From contig JBMFJZ010000001.1 in NCBI GenBank assembly GCA_049973045.1, positions 190,316-254,315 on the forward strand: a DNA stretch of 64,000 nucleotides, written 5' to 3'. The position numbers and the translations under genes are program-made. Positions 18,258 to 27,723 of this stretch are shown here, in pieces. Below the pieces are notes generated by a model. That model had not been told where the DNA came from and did no database searches. It saw nothing but the letters and a program-made list of their open reading frames with translations. This stretch comes from Bacteroidota bacterium (lineage in GTDB: Bacteria; Bacteroidota; Ignavibacteria; 0-14-0-80-59-12). Position 1 is the stretch's first letter; each line of letters opens with the position of its first letter.

Positions 18258-20243
18258 ATGACAGAGGAACAGAATCCACAAGTTGCAAGCAGCGTTTCCA
18301 TTTCAGAGCAAGAGCCGGCAAATGGGGCAGGGGTTACCGAAGGAACGAATCCTTCGAATCCCTATCGAGTACGTTCATTAGATACTCAAGAAAATGAGTA
18401 CACGGAGGAGGAGCGTCAGCGACTTCAGCAGCTTTACGATGAGTCAATGGGAAAATTCTCCGAGGGGGAAATTGTCCGTGGCACCATTATCGCAATTACT
18501 GAGACAGATGCCGTTGTGGACATAGGCTTCAAGTCGGAAGGGGCAATTCCTCTCTCTGAATTCACAAATCCAGAGGAGCTCAAGATCGGTGGGGAAATTG
18601 AGGTATTTTTAGAGAGCGTTGAAGATAAAGATGGTAAGCTCATTCTCTCGCGTAAGCGGGCAGACTTCATGCGTATATGGGAAAGGGTGATTCGCGCTTA
18701 TGAGACTGGTGAAATTCTTCAGGGTCGTATAACCCGCCGTATAAAAGGGGGCATGGTTGTGGATCTTATGGGTATAGATGCCTTTCTGCCAGGTTCGCAA
18801 ATAGATGTTCGTCCTGTTCGGGACTTCGATTCCCTTGTCGGTAAAACAATGGATTTCCGTGTAGTCAAAGTGAATCGACCGACGGAAAACGTCGTCGTCA
18901 GCCATCGCGCCATTGTGGAGGAATCACTCGCTGATCAGAGGAGAGCTATACTCGAGAAGTTAGAAAAAGGTCAGGTCTTAGAAGGAACGGTGAAAGCGAT
19001 AACAGACTTCGGAGCATTTATTGACCTTGGCGGTGTTGATGGGCTGATTCATATCACAGACCTCTCTTGGGGACGTATTAATCATCCTTCAGAAGTGGTG
19101 AAACTTGATCAAACTGTCAACGTTGTCGTTCTCGATTTCGATGAGGGGAAAAAGAGGATTTCTCTTGGCTACAAGCAACTTCAACCACATCCGTGGGAAA
19201 ACATCGAGCAGCGCTATCCAGTGGGGACTCGCGTTTCCGGGCGAGTTGTCTCTATGACGGATTACGGTGCATTCGTGGAGATAGAACATGGCATCGAAGG
19301 GTTGATACACATCTCCGAGATGAGCTGGACCCAACATATTAAGCACCCATCCCAGATGGTTTCCATGGGTCAAGTAGTTGATGCAGTAATTTTAAGTGTG
19401 GACAAAGAGAACAAACGGATCTCGCTTGGCATGAAGCAACTTGAACCAGATCCATGGGATACAATTATGGAGAAGTATCCGGTTGGTTCACGCCACGTAG
19501 GGACTGTCCGGAACTTGACAAATTTTGGAGTCTTCGTTGAATTAGAAGAAGGTATCGATGGCTTAGTTCACATCTCCGACCTCTCATGGACAAAGAAAAT
19601 CCGCCATCCCGGTGAGCTTGTAAAAAAGGGACAGCGGCTTGAGGTTGTCATCACCGGTATCGACAAAGAACAGCGGCGCATTTCACTTAGCCATAAACAG
19701 GTTACAGAAAATCCATGGGAAAAGTTCGCTGAGCTCTATAAAGTTGGAGCGGAGACGGAAGGGAAAATCGTCCGCATCATCGAGAAGGGAATCATTGTAG
19801 AACTCCCCCTCGGTGTGGATGCTTTTGTGCCTCTCTCTCATCTTTCTGCGACCCCCCTAAAGAACATTGGAGACGCTTTCAAAGTAGGGGATACTCTTCC
19901 TCTGAAAGTGATCGAGTTCGATAAAGACACAAAGAAAATTGTCCTTTCAGTCCTCGAATATCTCAAGGATAAAGAGCAGAAGCTTGTCGATGAGTACACT
20001 CGGAAGCACCGGCTGCCCTCAATGACGTTAAAGGATGTAGCCGCGTTGACCAAGAAACGTGCGGAGGACATAGAAATTCCTGAGCTTGAATTCCCAGAGG
20101 CTCCTTTGCCTGGGGAGACGAAACCGACCACGGAACAAAGACCCGAAGCAACAGCTGAAACAAAGCCTGAGGAGCCGACAAATCCCTCCGATGGCGGGCT
20201 ACAAACCAAAGCAGACTCCGGAGCTTTGCCCGAAGAAATATAG
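18258..20243 (+). CDS. rpsA: 30S ribosomal protein S1
   Basis: 661 aa with repeated S1 domains (recurring GxVxxITDFGAFV-type motifs) and acidic/Pro-rich C-terminal tail. Confidence 0.9.
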   Translation: MTEEQNPQVASSVSISEQEPANGAGVTEGTNPSNPYRVRSLDTQENEYTEEERQRLQQLYDESMGKFSEGEIVRGTIIAITETDAVVDIGFKSEGAIPLSEFTNPEELKIGGEIEVFLESVEDKDGKLILSRKRADFMRIWERVIRAYETGEILQGRITRRIKGGMVVDLMGIDAFLPGSQIDVRPVRDFDSLVGKTMDFRVVKVNRPTENVVVSHRAIVEESLADQRRAILEKLEKGQVLEGTVKAITDFGAFIDLGGVDGLIHITDLSWGRINHPSEVVKLDQTVNVVVLDFDEGKKRISLGYKQLQPHPWENIEQRYPVGTRVSGRVVSMTDYGAFVEIEHGIEGLIHISEMSWTQHIKHPSQMVSMGQVVDAVILSVDKENKRISLGMKQLEPDPWDTIMEKYPVGSRHVGTVRNLTNFGVFVELEEGIDGLVHISDLSWTKKIRHPGELVKKGQRLEVVITGIDKEQRRISLSHKQVTENPWEKFAELYKVGAETEGKIVRIIEKGIIVELPLGVDAFVPLSHLSATPLKNIGDAFKVGDTLPLKVIEFDKDTKKIVLSVLEYLKDKEQKLVDEYTRKHRLPSMTLKDVAALTKKRAEDIEIPELEFPEAPLPGETKPTTEQRPEATAETKPEEPTNPSDGGLQTKADSGALPEEI

Positions 20244-20276
20244 AGCCTCGGTTTTTCCTGTTTCCCTGGGGGGTTG

Positions 20277-21614
20277 ATGAAGCGTGTTGGGTTTTATACA
20301 CTGGGCTGCAAGGTAAATTATGCGGAAAGTGCGTGTATTGCTGCGATGTTTCAGCAGCATGGCTTCCAGCTTACAAGCGAGCCGGGTGAAGCCGATGTTT
20401 GGATTATCAATACTTGCAGTGTAACAGAAAATGCAGACCGAGAGTGCCGACAGCTCATCCGCAGGATACATCGGAAGGCACCAGAGGCATTTGTTATTGT
20501 TACCGGGTGTTACGCCCAACTCCAGCCAGAGCGGGTAGCCTCCCTTGAAGGTGTAGATGCTGTTCTCGGGTCTCGAGAGAAAAGCCAAATCTTCGAACTT
20601 ATCTCTGAGTTCAAACGCCGGGGCGTTCCACTGATCGCTGTCTCTCCGCACAATGAGCTTGATGATTTCTGGTTAGCGGATTCAAGCGGCTTTGGTGAAC
20701 GGACTCGAGCCTTCCTGAAAATTCAAGACGGATGCGACTATAACTGCTCCTTTTGTGTTATTCCGCAGGCAAGAGGGGCATCGAGGAGCGAGCCGATCGA
20801 TAGCCTCATCATTCGCGCACGGTCGCTTATCAAAAGGGGATATAAGGAAATTGTGCTCACCGGAGTGAATGTTGGAGACTATGGGAGAAAGATCGGTGGC
20901 AGTTTGTATGAGCTTCTTTGTAAGTTAGATGAACTTGAAGGGCTGCAGCGTCTTCGCATCAGTTCTATTGAGCCCAATTTACTAACAGATGAGATAATCA
21001 AGCTTGTTGCCCGTTCAGAGAAAATTTGCCCGCATTTTCATATACCGCTTCAGAGTGGAAGTGACGCTGTGCTTGCGAGAATGCGGCGCCGATACAAAAG
21101 TGTGCTTTATCGCGATCGTGTTGAAACAATCTTATCACACATTCCCCATGCGGGCATCGGTGTGGATGTGATCGTTGGGTTCCCGGGTGAAACGGAAAGA
21201 GAATTTGAGGAGACATATCGATTCCTTTCAGATCTACCTGTCTCTTACTTTCATGTTTTCAGTTACTCGGTGCGACAGAACACGCCTGCAGCATCGATGG
21301 GGGGAGTGATCTCCCCTCGGGAGCTCGAGCGTCGTAGCAGAACTCTTCGAACACTTGGTGTTATGAAGCATCGTCGCTGGATGGGAAACTATATCGGTGA
21401 GCAAGTTTCTGTGCTTCTGGAGGGGGACTACACAGATGATGGTGCATTTATGCATGGCTTCACCCCAAATTATATGCGGGTGCGTCTTCCTGCACAGCGA
21501 AATCTCGAGAACGAGATCGTTACAGCCCGTGTCGTTGGGCTGCTCGGTGATCTTGCGCAAGGTACTTTCTGTCCATCTGAAGATGAGATTGTGATCCCCC
21601 AAGCCAATCTATGA
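20277..21614 (+). CDS. mtaB: tRNA methylthiotransferase, MtaB-like (radical SAM, MiaB/RimO family)
   Basis: N-terminal MTTase domain (FYTLGCKVNYAES), radical SAM CDYNCSFC, C-terminal TRAM-like region. Confidence 0.75.
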   Translation: MKRVGFYTLGCKVNYAESACIAAMFQQHGFQLTSEPGEADVWIINTCSVTENADRECRQLIRRIHRKAPEAFVIVTGCYAQLQPERVASLEGVDAVLGSREKSQIFELISEFKRRGVPLIAVSPHNELDDFWLADSSGFGERTRAFLKIQDGCDYNCSFCVIPQARGASRSEPIDSLIIRARSLIKRGYKEIVLTGVNVGDYGRKIGGSLYELLCKLDELEGLQRLRISSIEPNLLTDEIIKLVARSEKICPHFHIPLQSGSDAVLARMRRRYKSVLYRDRVETILSHIPHAGIGVDVIVGFPGETEREFEETYRFLSDLPVSYFHVFSYSVRQNTPAASMGGVISPRELERRSRTLRTLGVMKHRRWMGNYIGEQVSVLLEGDYTDDGAFMHGFTPNYMRVRLPAQRNLENEIVTARVVGLLGDLAQGTFCPSEDEIVIPQANL

Positions 21615-21639
21615 GCCCCCTGCTATATCAAAGGAGTTC

Positions 21640-22941
21640 ATGGTGAGAATCAAAGAGGTCGCTGCGGGCAGTATCGCTGCCAGCCTGAAATTGAGATCAG
21701 GCGATGAACTTGTTGAGATCAATGGGCACCGCATCAGGGACGAAATTGACTTGAGATTTTATGAAGCTGACCAGCACATCGAATTAAAGTGCGCTCATGA
21801 CGGCAAGGTCACTCTTTATGAAATTGAAAAAGAGACTGATGAACCTCTCGGTATCGTACTCGATGATATGAAGGTTCTCCATTGTGGCAACAATTGCATT
21901 TTTTGTTTTGTTGACCAAAACCCCAGGGGATTACGTGATGCGCTTTACATACGTGATGGAGATTATCGACTTTCGTTCATGTATGGTAACTACACGACTT
22001 TGACAAATGCAGGTAATGCGATTCTTCAGCGCATTGTCGAGCAAAGACTCTCCCCACTTTACATCTCTGTACATTCAACTGTGCCGGACATCCGTCGTAG
22101 ACTGCTGGGATTGAGGAAAGATGATCATCTCTTAGAAAAAATGCGCTTTCTTGCTAATCATGGCATTGACATGCACACGCAAATTGTTCTTTGTCCCGGG
22201 ATCAATGATGGAGCCTCGTTGCAGCAAACGATGCAGGACATGTGGGAGCTTCGAGACCATGTCATCTCACTGGCAATTGTTCCAGTTGGCTTAACTGATC
22301 ACCGAGCAAGCCTTGTGCCGTTGCAGCGCGTTGATAAGCTGTATGCAATGGAGCTACTTCAGACCGTCTGTGAGTGGCAGGAGAGGTTTCGCGCCATCGC
22401 AGGCAGAAATTTTGCCTATCCTTCCGATGAATTTTTCCTTCTTGCTGAGGAGAAGATCCCTGATTCTGCATACTACGATGGTTTCCCACAAATTGAAAAC
22501 GGTGTTGGAATGGTGCGGTCGTTTCTTGATCAGTTTGCCTGTGCCTCACGCCAGTTTCCGCGTCGCATGCCTGAACCAAAAACTATAACTCTTGCAACAG
22601 GTGTTCTTGCTTCCCCGTTTATCCGAAATGTTGTCGCTGGACGTCTTTCGAAGATCACAGGTTTAGAGGTGCGTGTTGCGGTGGCTTCCAATCGTTTGTT
22701 CGGGAAAAGCGTGACGGTGGCTGGTCTCCTCTCTGGAAAATGCTTCTATGAGGCTCTCCATGACCAACCACGAAGCGATTTAGTGCTGCTACCACCAGAT
22801 GTTCTCAATGAAGATGAGCTTTTCCTTGACGACTGGACACTCGATGAACTTTCAATGAAGTTAGACCAGAACGTACTGGTGTTTGACGGAAATTGGAGGC
22901 ATGTTTTTCGAATCCTTCATAAAAAGGAGAATCTGCATTGA
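21640..22941 (+). CDS. DUF512 protein (PDZ domain plus radical-SAM-like core)
   Basis: N-terminal PDZ-like segment, then HCGNNCIFCFVDQ Cys cluster and conserved C-terminal region characteristic of the DUF512 family. Family assignment from memory. Confidence 0.7.
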   Translation: MVRIKEVAAGSIAASLKLRSGDELVEINGHRIRDEIDLRFYEADQHIELKCAHDGKVTLYEIEKETDEPLGIVLDDMKVLHCGNNCIFCFVDQNPRGLRDALYIRDGDYRLSFMYGNYTTLTNAGNAILQRIVEQRLSPLYISVHSTVPDIRRRLLGLRKDDHLLEKMRFLANHGIDMHTQIVLCPGINDGASLQQTMQDMWELRDHVISLAIVPVGLTDHRASLVPLQRVDKLYAMELLQTVCEWQERFRAIAGRNFAYPSDEFFLLAEEKIPDSAYYDGFPQIENGVGMVRSFLDQFACASRQFPRRMPEPKTITLATGVLASPFIRNVVAGRLSKITGLEVRVAVASNRLFGKSVTVAGLLSGKCFYEALHDQPRSDLVLLPPDVLNEDELFLDDWTLDELSMKLDQNVLVFDGNWRHVFRILHKKENLH

Positions 22942-23717
22942 ACTCACAAAGAGTGGTCATCGTTTTCATTGTCTTTGTTTTATTCAATCAATTTCTGTTC
23001 GGTCAGTCATCGTTCGGCGTGGGCGATTTCGGCTGCCCGGGCGAAGTAAACCAGCCTCGGCCTGCCGGTCATTGGCAGTCTTTAGATCATAATACATCGA
23101 ATTGGCTGAGCGGAAATGAAGATCGCAAATGGGTGCTTGGAGCAGCATTGCTCTCGCTGGCGGTTCCCGGAGCCGGGCAATGGTACGCCTCTGATAAGCA
23201 GTCCGCTTTGATTTTCCTCGGCACCGAAGCAACACTATGGTTGGGATACGCAGCAGTTGATGCATATGGAAGATGGACACAGACGGGCGCAAGGATGTTC
23301 GCTGTGCAGCATGCGGGCATCGATCCAGTAGGTAAGAGCGACCAATTTTTCGTTGATATCGGGAATTTCATGAGCGTATATGACTATAATGAAAAGAAGT
23401 TAAGGGATCGAGCGCTGTCGAAGGTGTATGACCCTTCGCAGGGCTATTTTTGGCAATGGGATAATGTGGGCTCTCGATCGAGCTACCGGTCGATGCGGGT
23501 TACGGCTGATGCGGCGTTCAATGCAACAAAGTTCATCATTGCTGGAATAATTGTTAATCATATTGTCAGTGCAATTCATGCAGGCAATCGCGCTGCGAAA
23601 TGGAATGCATCTATTGAGATTTCTTCTGTGACAGGAGCCGGTGGGCGTGGGCAAGCCTCCTCCATTGCTTTTTTGAACCATAGATTTGTAAGTCTTCAGC
23701 TCAGATTTGCATTCTGA
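22938..23717 (+). CDS. Hypothetical secreted protein (DUF5683-like)
   Basis: Signal peptide; PGAGQWYASDK motif; start overlaps upstream stop (ATGA). Confidence 0.45.
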   Translation: MNSQRVVIVFIVFVLFNQFLFGQSSFGVGDFGCPGEVNQPRPAGHWQSLDHNTSNWLSGNEDRKWVLGAALLSLAVPGAGQWYASDKQSALIFLGTEATLWLGYAAVDAYGRWTQTGARMFAVQHAGIDPVGKSDQFFVDIGNFMSVYDYNEKKLRDRALSKVYDPSQGYFWQWDNVGSRSSYRSMRVTADAAFNATKFIIAGIIVNHIVSAIHAGNRAAKWNASIEISSVTGAGGRGQASSIAFLNHRFVSLQLRFAF

Positions 23718-23739
23718 GACTGCAAATACCGCCAAAATT

Positions 23740-24468
23740 ATGAAGACCTTCAAGCTTGTCGTTGAGTATGATGGTACAGATTTTGTAGGCTGGCAAGTTC
23801 AACCAAATGGACGGAGTGTGCAAGGGGTTCTTCAGGCTGCATTAGCTCAACTTATTGGAGGTAATGTGTCGGTAATTGGGGCTGGACGCACTGATGCCGG
23901 AGTCCATGCGCGTGGGCAAGTTGCGCACATACGAGTTGAGACCGCCCTTGATGCCGAAGCGATTCTTCACGGATTGAATTCTCTCCTCCCTGGGGATATT
24001 GTCGTCCACGATGTGGTTCAGGTAGACAATACATTTCATGCCCGATACAGCGCACGTGAAAGAACATATCGCTACATTATTGTTCGACGCCGAACCGCGA
24101 TCGATCGCCGGATAGCATGGTATGTGAAGTACCGGCTGAACGTTGAGCTGATGCAAAAAGCTGCATCAATGATTCTCGGTGTGCATGATTTTCGATCCTT
24201 TGCAGTGGCGAAGACTGGAACAAAAAATTTTCATTGTACTGTGACCTATTCACGGTGGACAGAGGTTGAGGATAAGCTCATCTATGAGATTCGGTCAAAC
24301 CGGTTCCTCCACGGGATGGTTCGTGCCCTTGTGGGGACGATGGTTGATATTGGTAGAGGACATATCGCTCTTGAAGAGTTTCCCGGCATTCTTGAGGCAA
24401 GAAATCGAAGCTGTGCGGGAATGTCTGCACCCGCTCATGGACTTGTTCTTGAATCAGTTCGCTACTGA
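23740..24468 (+). CDS. truA: tRNA pseudouridine(38-40) synthase
   Basis: VEYDGTDFVGWQVQ and GAGRTDAGVHA catalytic-Asp motif. Confidence 0.9.
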   Translation: MKTFKLVVEYDGTDFVGWQVQPNGRSVQGVLQAALAQLIGGNVSVIGAGRTDAGVHARGQVAHIRVETALDAEAILHGLNSLLPGDIVVHDVVQVDNTFHARYSARERTYRYIIVRRRTAIDRRIAWYVKYRLNVELMQKAASMILGVHDFRSFAVAKTGTKNFHCTVTYSRWTEVEDKLIYEIRSNRFLHGMVRALVGTMVDIGRGHIALEEFPGILEARNRSCAGMSAPAHGLVLESVRY

Positions 24469-24621
24469 AAGCTCTCCAAACGAGGGTTTGCTTTGAGATA
24501 CCCTATCTTGTAAATTTTCCTTGTCCGAGAATTCCCAGCGGCTATTTGGTCATTCTAATCCGCCAAAAGCGGAGTGCAGACAGAGGGCTTCGTTTTCAGC
24601 AGAAAAAGTTAAACATAGCTT

Positions 24622-25794
24622 ATGATACTCATTTACGCCGCCATCGTAATTATTCTCTTAGCTGGGCATTTCTTGATCTCGGCGATTCAGGGAGCCGTGC
24701 AAAAGAAGGAAGAGAAGATAGGGGCACGTTGGAAGCTGTCGCCAATTAGTTTTGCCCATTCAATAATAGGTCTCTTTGCGGGCCTCTTGTTTTTCGCTTT
24801 TGTGAGTCAGATTGCTGGGCAGCTGAGTATTTCTGGCCTGTCGATTATTCTAATGCAGGCAACGGCAGTCATTGTCTTTGTGCTTGTGTGGATTGGGTTA
24901 CATTTTGCTGGCATGCGCATTGCGCAAAGAGATTCTGGCGTTGCTCACCGTTTGCCTTCACTACCCATATTTTCCCACGGAAACCTCCTTGAGCGACTTT
25001 TCAGCTTGAGTATGAACGATCGTGATGCCGCTCTAGAAGAAAAGGAAGCAGGCAGCCCCTTCGTCCGCAGTGAGCTGTACGAGCAGGAGCTTATACGTGG
25101 CGTGTTGGATATCAGGGAGTTGACAGTGCGTGATGTGATGGTTCCTCGTACAGAAGTTGTTGCTGTCGATATTCGTACACCGCGAGATAAACTTCTTGAA
25201 ATTGTCACCGAGGAGGGTTACTCAAGAATTCCGCTCTACGATGGTACGATTGACAACGTCCTCGGTGTAATTTATACAAAAGATCTCATTGCTCTGCTGC
25301 AGCATCGCAATGTGATTGTGCTGGAGGATGTCATTCGGCCAGCGTATTTCGTTCCGGAGACAAAGCGGCTTGGAGAACTACTGAAGGAGATGCAAACGCA
25401 GCATGTTCATCTTGCGGTTGTTATTGATGAGTTTGGAGGTGTAGAGGGGATTGTGACATTGGAAGACATTCTGGAGGAGATCGTTGGTGAGATCCGTGAT
25501 GAGTATGACGAAGAGCCGGAAGAGATTATTGCTGTACAAGATGGTGGATTCCTTGTCGATGCGAGAACACCGGTGCGGCGTTTGAATGAACGCTTTGGTG
25601 AAATCTTGCCGGAATCAGATGAGTATGATACAATAGGTGGATTTGTGGCGTCACACGAGGGTCGAATACCACGTCTTGGTGAGGCAATAAACGTCGGCTC
25701 GATCCAGGTCATCATCACGAAACGGTCAAAGACGGCTGTGAAACAGGTCAAGCTTATGTTTACTCTTGCAGGAGACTCGCGGTATGAACGATGA
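24622..25794 (+). CDS. HlyC/CorC (CNNM) family transporter: TM domain, CBS pair, CorC_HlyC
   Basis: N-terminal TM helices, tandem CBS region (VRDVMVPRTEVVAV...), C-terminal transporter-associated domain. Confidence 0.8.
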   Translation: MILIYAAIVIILLAGHFLISAIQGAVQKKEEKIGARWKLSPISFAHSIIGLFAGLLFFAFVSQIAGQLSISGLSIILMQATAVIVFVLVWIGLHFAGMRIAQRDSGVAHRLPSLPIFSHGNLLERLFSLSMNDRDAALEEKEAGSPFVRSELYEQELIRGVLDIRELTVRDVMVPRTEVVAVDIRTPRDKLLEIVTEEGYSRIPLYDGTIDNVLGVIYTKDLIALLQHRNVIVLEDVIRPAYFVPETKRLGELLKEMQTQHVHLAVVIDEFGGVEGIVTLEDILEEIVGEIRDEYDEEPEEIIAVQDGGFLVDARTPVRRLNERFGEILPESDEYDTIGGFVASHEGRIPRLGEAINVGSIQVIITKRSKTAVKQVKLMFTLAGDSRYER

Positions 25795-26743
25795 TAGATA
25801 CGTCATTTCTGCGAGTCGTCGGACTGACATCCCTGCGTTCTTCATACGCTGGTTCCTCGAGCAATTACGTGCCGGGTGGGTTGATGTTCCGGATCCGTTC
25901 TCAGGAAAGCTTCAGCGTATCTCTTTGCAGCGTGATGATGTTCGTGCGATTGTTTTTTGGTCGCGAGATTATGCTCCTCTTCTTCCGCACCTTGACGAGA
26001 TTGATGATCGCGGGTACCCTGTCCTTTTTCATTTTACCATAACGGGTTTGCCGAAGGTTCTCGAACCTCATGGGATCTCGGTCGCTCGTGCCGTCTATCT
26101 TGCAGAACGGCTCTCAATACGCTATTCCCCCGAGCATGTGTTATGGCGTTTTGATCCGATCATAATTTCCAATAACACTCCAGCGTCGTCGGTGATTAAA
26201 AAATTTGATGAGCTTGCTCAGATGTTAAAAGGAGTGGTGCGGCGTGTATACGTAAGCTTCATTGATTTTTACTCGAAGGTGAACAGAAATCTTAGTGCAC
26301 TTCAAAGTCAGGCAGGAATACAAGTTGTTGACCCACCAGTTTCCGAGAAGCGTCGGATAGGTGAGGAGCTTGGTTCGATTGCAACTCGCTACGGGATGGA
26401 AGTCTATTCATGTACTGAGCCGGCTCTCATTGGAGCTGGAGGTATAAAAAAGGGAAGTTGTATTGATGCTCAGCTTCTTGAATCTCTTTATCCGGGAGCT
26501 GGCCTTGGAGTTCCTAAGCATCCAACACGGGCCGGGTGTGGATGTTTCGAGAGCAAAGATATCGGGATATACAACACCTGTTTTTTCGGCTGTCGTTACT
26601 GTTATGCGACAAGCTCTCTTGAACAGGTGAAAAAGCGTGCGTCTTTCTACAGGATTAAAGAGAGAGTAGCTACATCCGTCGGTAATGAGAAATCTATTCA
26701 AAGGGTGGAGCAGCCTTCACCGCTCCTGGCGACACAACCATGA
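25784..26743 (+). CDS. DUF1848 domain protein
   Basis: SASRRTDIPAF N-terminal motif and C-terminal CGC...DIGIYNTCFFGCRYCYA cysteine cluster; ATG 25784 preceded by GGAG. Confidence 0.6.
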   Translation: MNDDRYVISASRRTDIPAFFIRWFLEQLRAGWVDVPDPFSGKLQRISLQRDDVRAIVFWSRDYAPLLPHLDEIDDRGYPVLFHFTITGLPKVLEPHGISVARAVYLAERLSIRYSPEHVLWRFDPIIISNNTPASSVIKKFDELAQMLKGVVRRVYVSFIDFYSKVNRNLSALQSQAGIQVVDPPVSEKRRIGEELGSIATRYGMEVYSCTEPALIGAGGIKKGSCIDAQLLESLYPGAGLGVPKHPTRAGCGCFESKDIGIYNTCFFGCRYCYATSSLEQVKKRASFYRIKERVATSVGNEKSIQRVEQPSPLLATQP

Positions 26744-27723
26744 TTGCGCTTCTTTCATTGATTGCTGCTGTGTTCCCAATGGTAGGGTTTGTCATTGTGG
26801 TGTGGTGGATGGACCGTTATGACCGTGAACCTATTTCACTCGTTGGGTTGAATTTTTTGTGGGGAGCCTTTGGGGCAGTAGCTTTAGCGATCATCGGAAA
26901 CCTCCTTTTGACAGCAGGGATTGCTAACCTTGTAAAAGGGAAAGAAGAGATCGAGTTTTTGAGCACCGTTGCCGTCGCTCCGGTTGTCGAGGAATCAACG
27001 AAGGGGCTTTTCCTGCTGTTGACTGCCATGTCGCGTCGCTTCGACAATGTAACTGATGGAGCTGTCTATGGAGCGTCAATTGGATTTGGCTTCGGGATGA
27101 CTGAGAATTTTCTCTATTTCTTATCATTCCCGTTGGCTGAAGGCTGGCTTATTCTTGTTATTATAAGAACATTTTTCTCGGCGGTAATGCATGCAATGGC
27201 GACTGGTGTTCTTGGAGCCTTTGTTGGATTTGCGAAGTTTCGCCCTCGGGGACAGCAATTGTTTCTATGGTGGTTCGGTTGGTTGATAGCAGTGGGATTC
27301 CATGTCGTATGGAATGCCTCAGTTTCATTCGAAGGAGGCTTCGGGTACGGAGTTCTGTTTATCATCGTTGGCGTATGTATTCTACTTGCTCTCTTCCAGA
27401 TTTCTCTTCTTTATGAACATCGTGTTCTTCGGGCAGAGCTTAGCGAAGAATCACTTCTCGGTGTAATTCCGGGAGACCATGTTGCCATACTGCCAAGTTT
27501 CCGTCGCCGGAAACGTCGTGAGTGGTGTCCACCTGGCGTGAATCGAAAAGCCTACATTCGCTTGGCAACTGAGCTTGCCTTTCGCAAACATCAAAGCCGA
27601 ATTTGCCAACCATCAAAACGAGAATTATACCTCGACGATGTTGCAAAACTTCGTAACAAAATCTTAATGCTTCTTAAAACACCTGTTTGGAATGCTGACA
27701 CTCGATCATTGGAAAGTGTATGA
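26740..27723 (+). CDS. PrsW-family intramembrane metalloprotease
   Basis: Polytopic membrane protein with EESTKG and FGFGMTENFLYF motifs typical of PrsW. Confidence 0.7.
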   Translation: MIALLSLIAAVFPMVGFVIVVWWMDRYDREPISLVGLNFLWGAFGAVALAIIGNLLLTAGIANLVKGKEEIEFLSTVAVAPVVEESTKGLFLLLTAMSRRFDNVTDGAVYGASIGFGFGMTENFLYFLSFPLAEGWLILVIIRTFFSAVMHAMATGVLGAFVGFAKFRPRGQQLFLWWFGWLIAVGFHVVWNASVSFEGGFGYGVLFIIVGVCILLALFQISLLYEHRVLRAELSEESLLGVIPGDHVAILPSFRRRKRREWCPPGVNRKAYIRLATELAFRKHQSRICQPSKRELYLDDVAKLRNKILMLLKTPVWNADTRSLESV

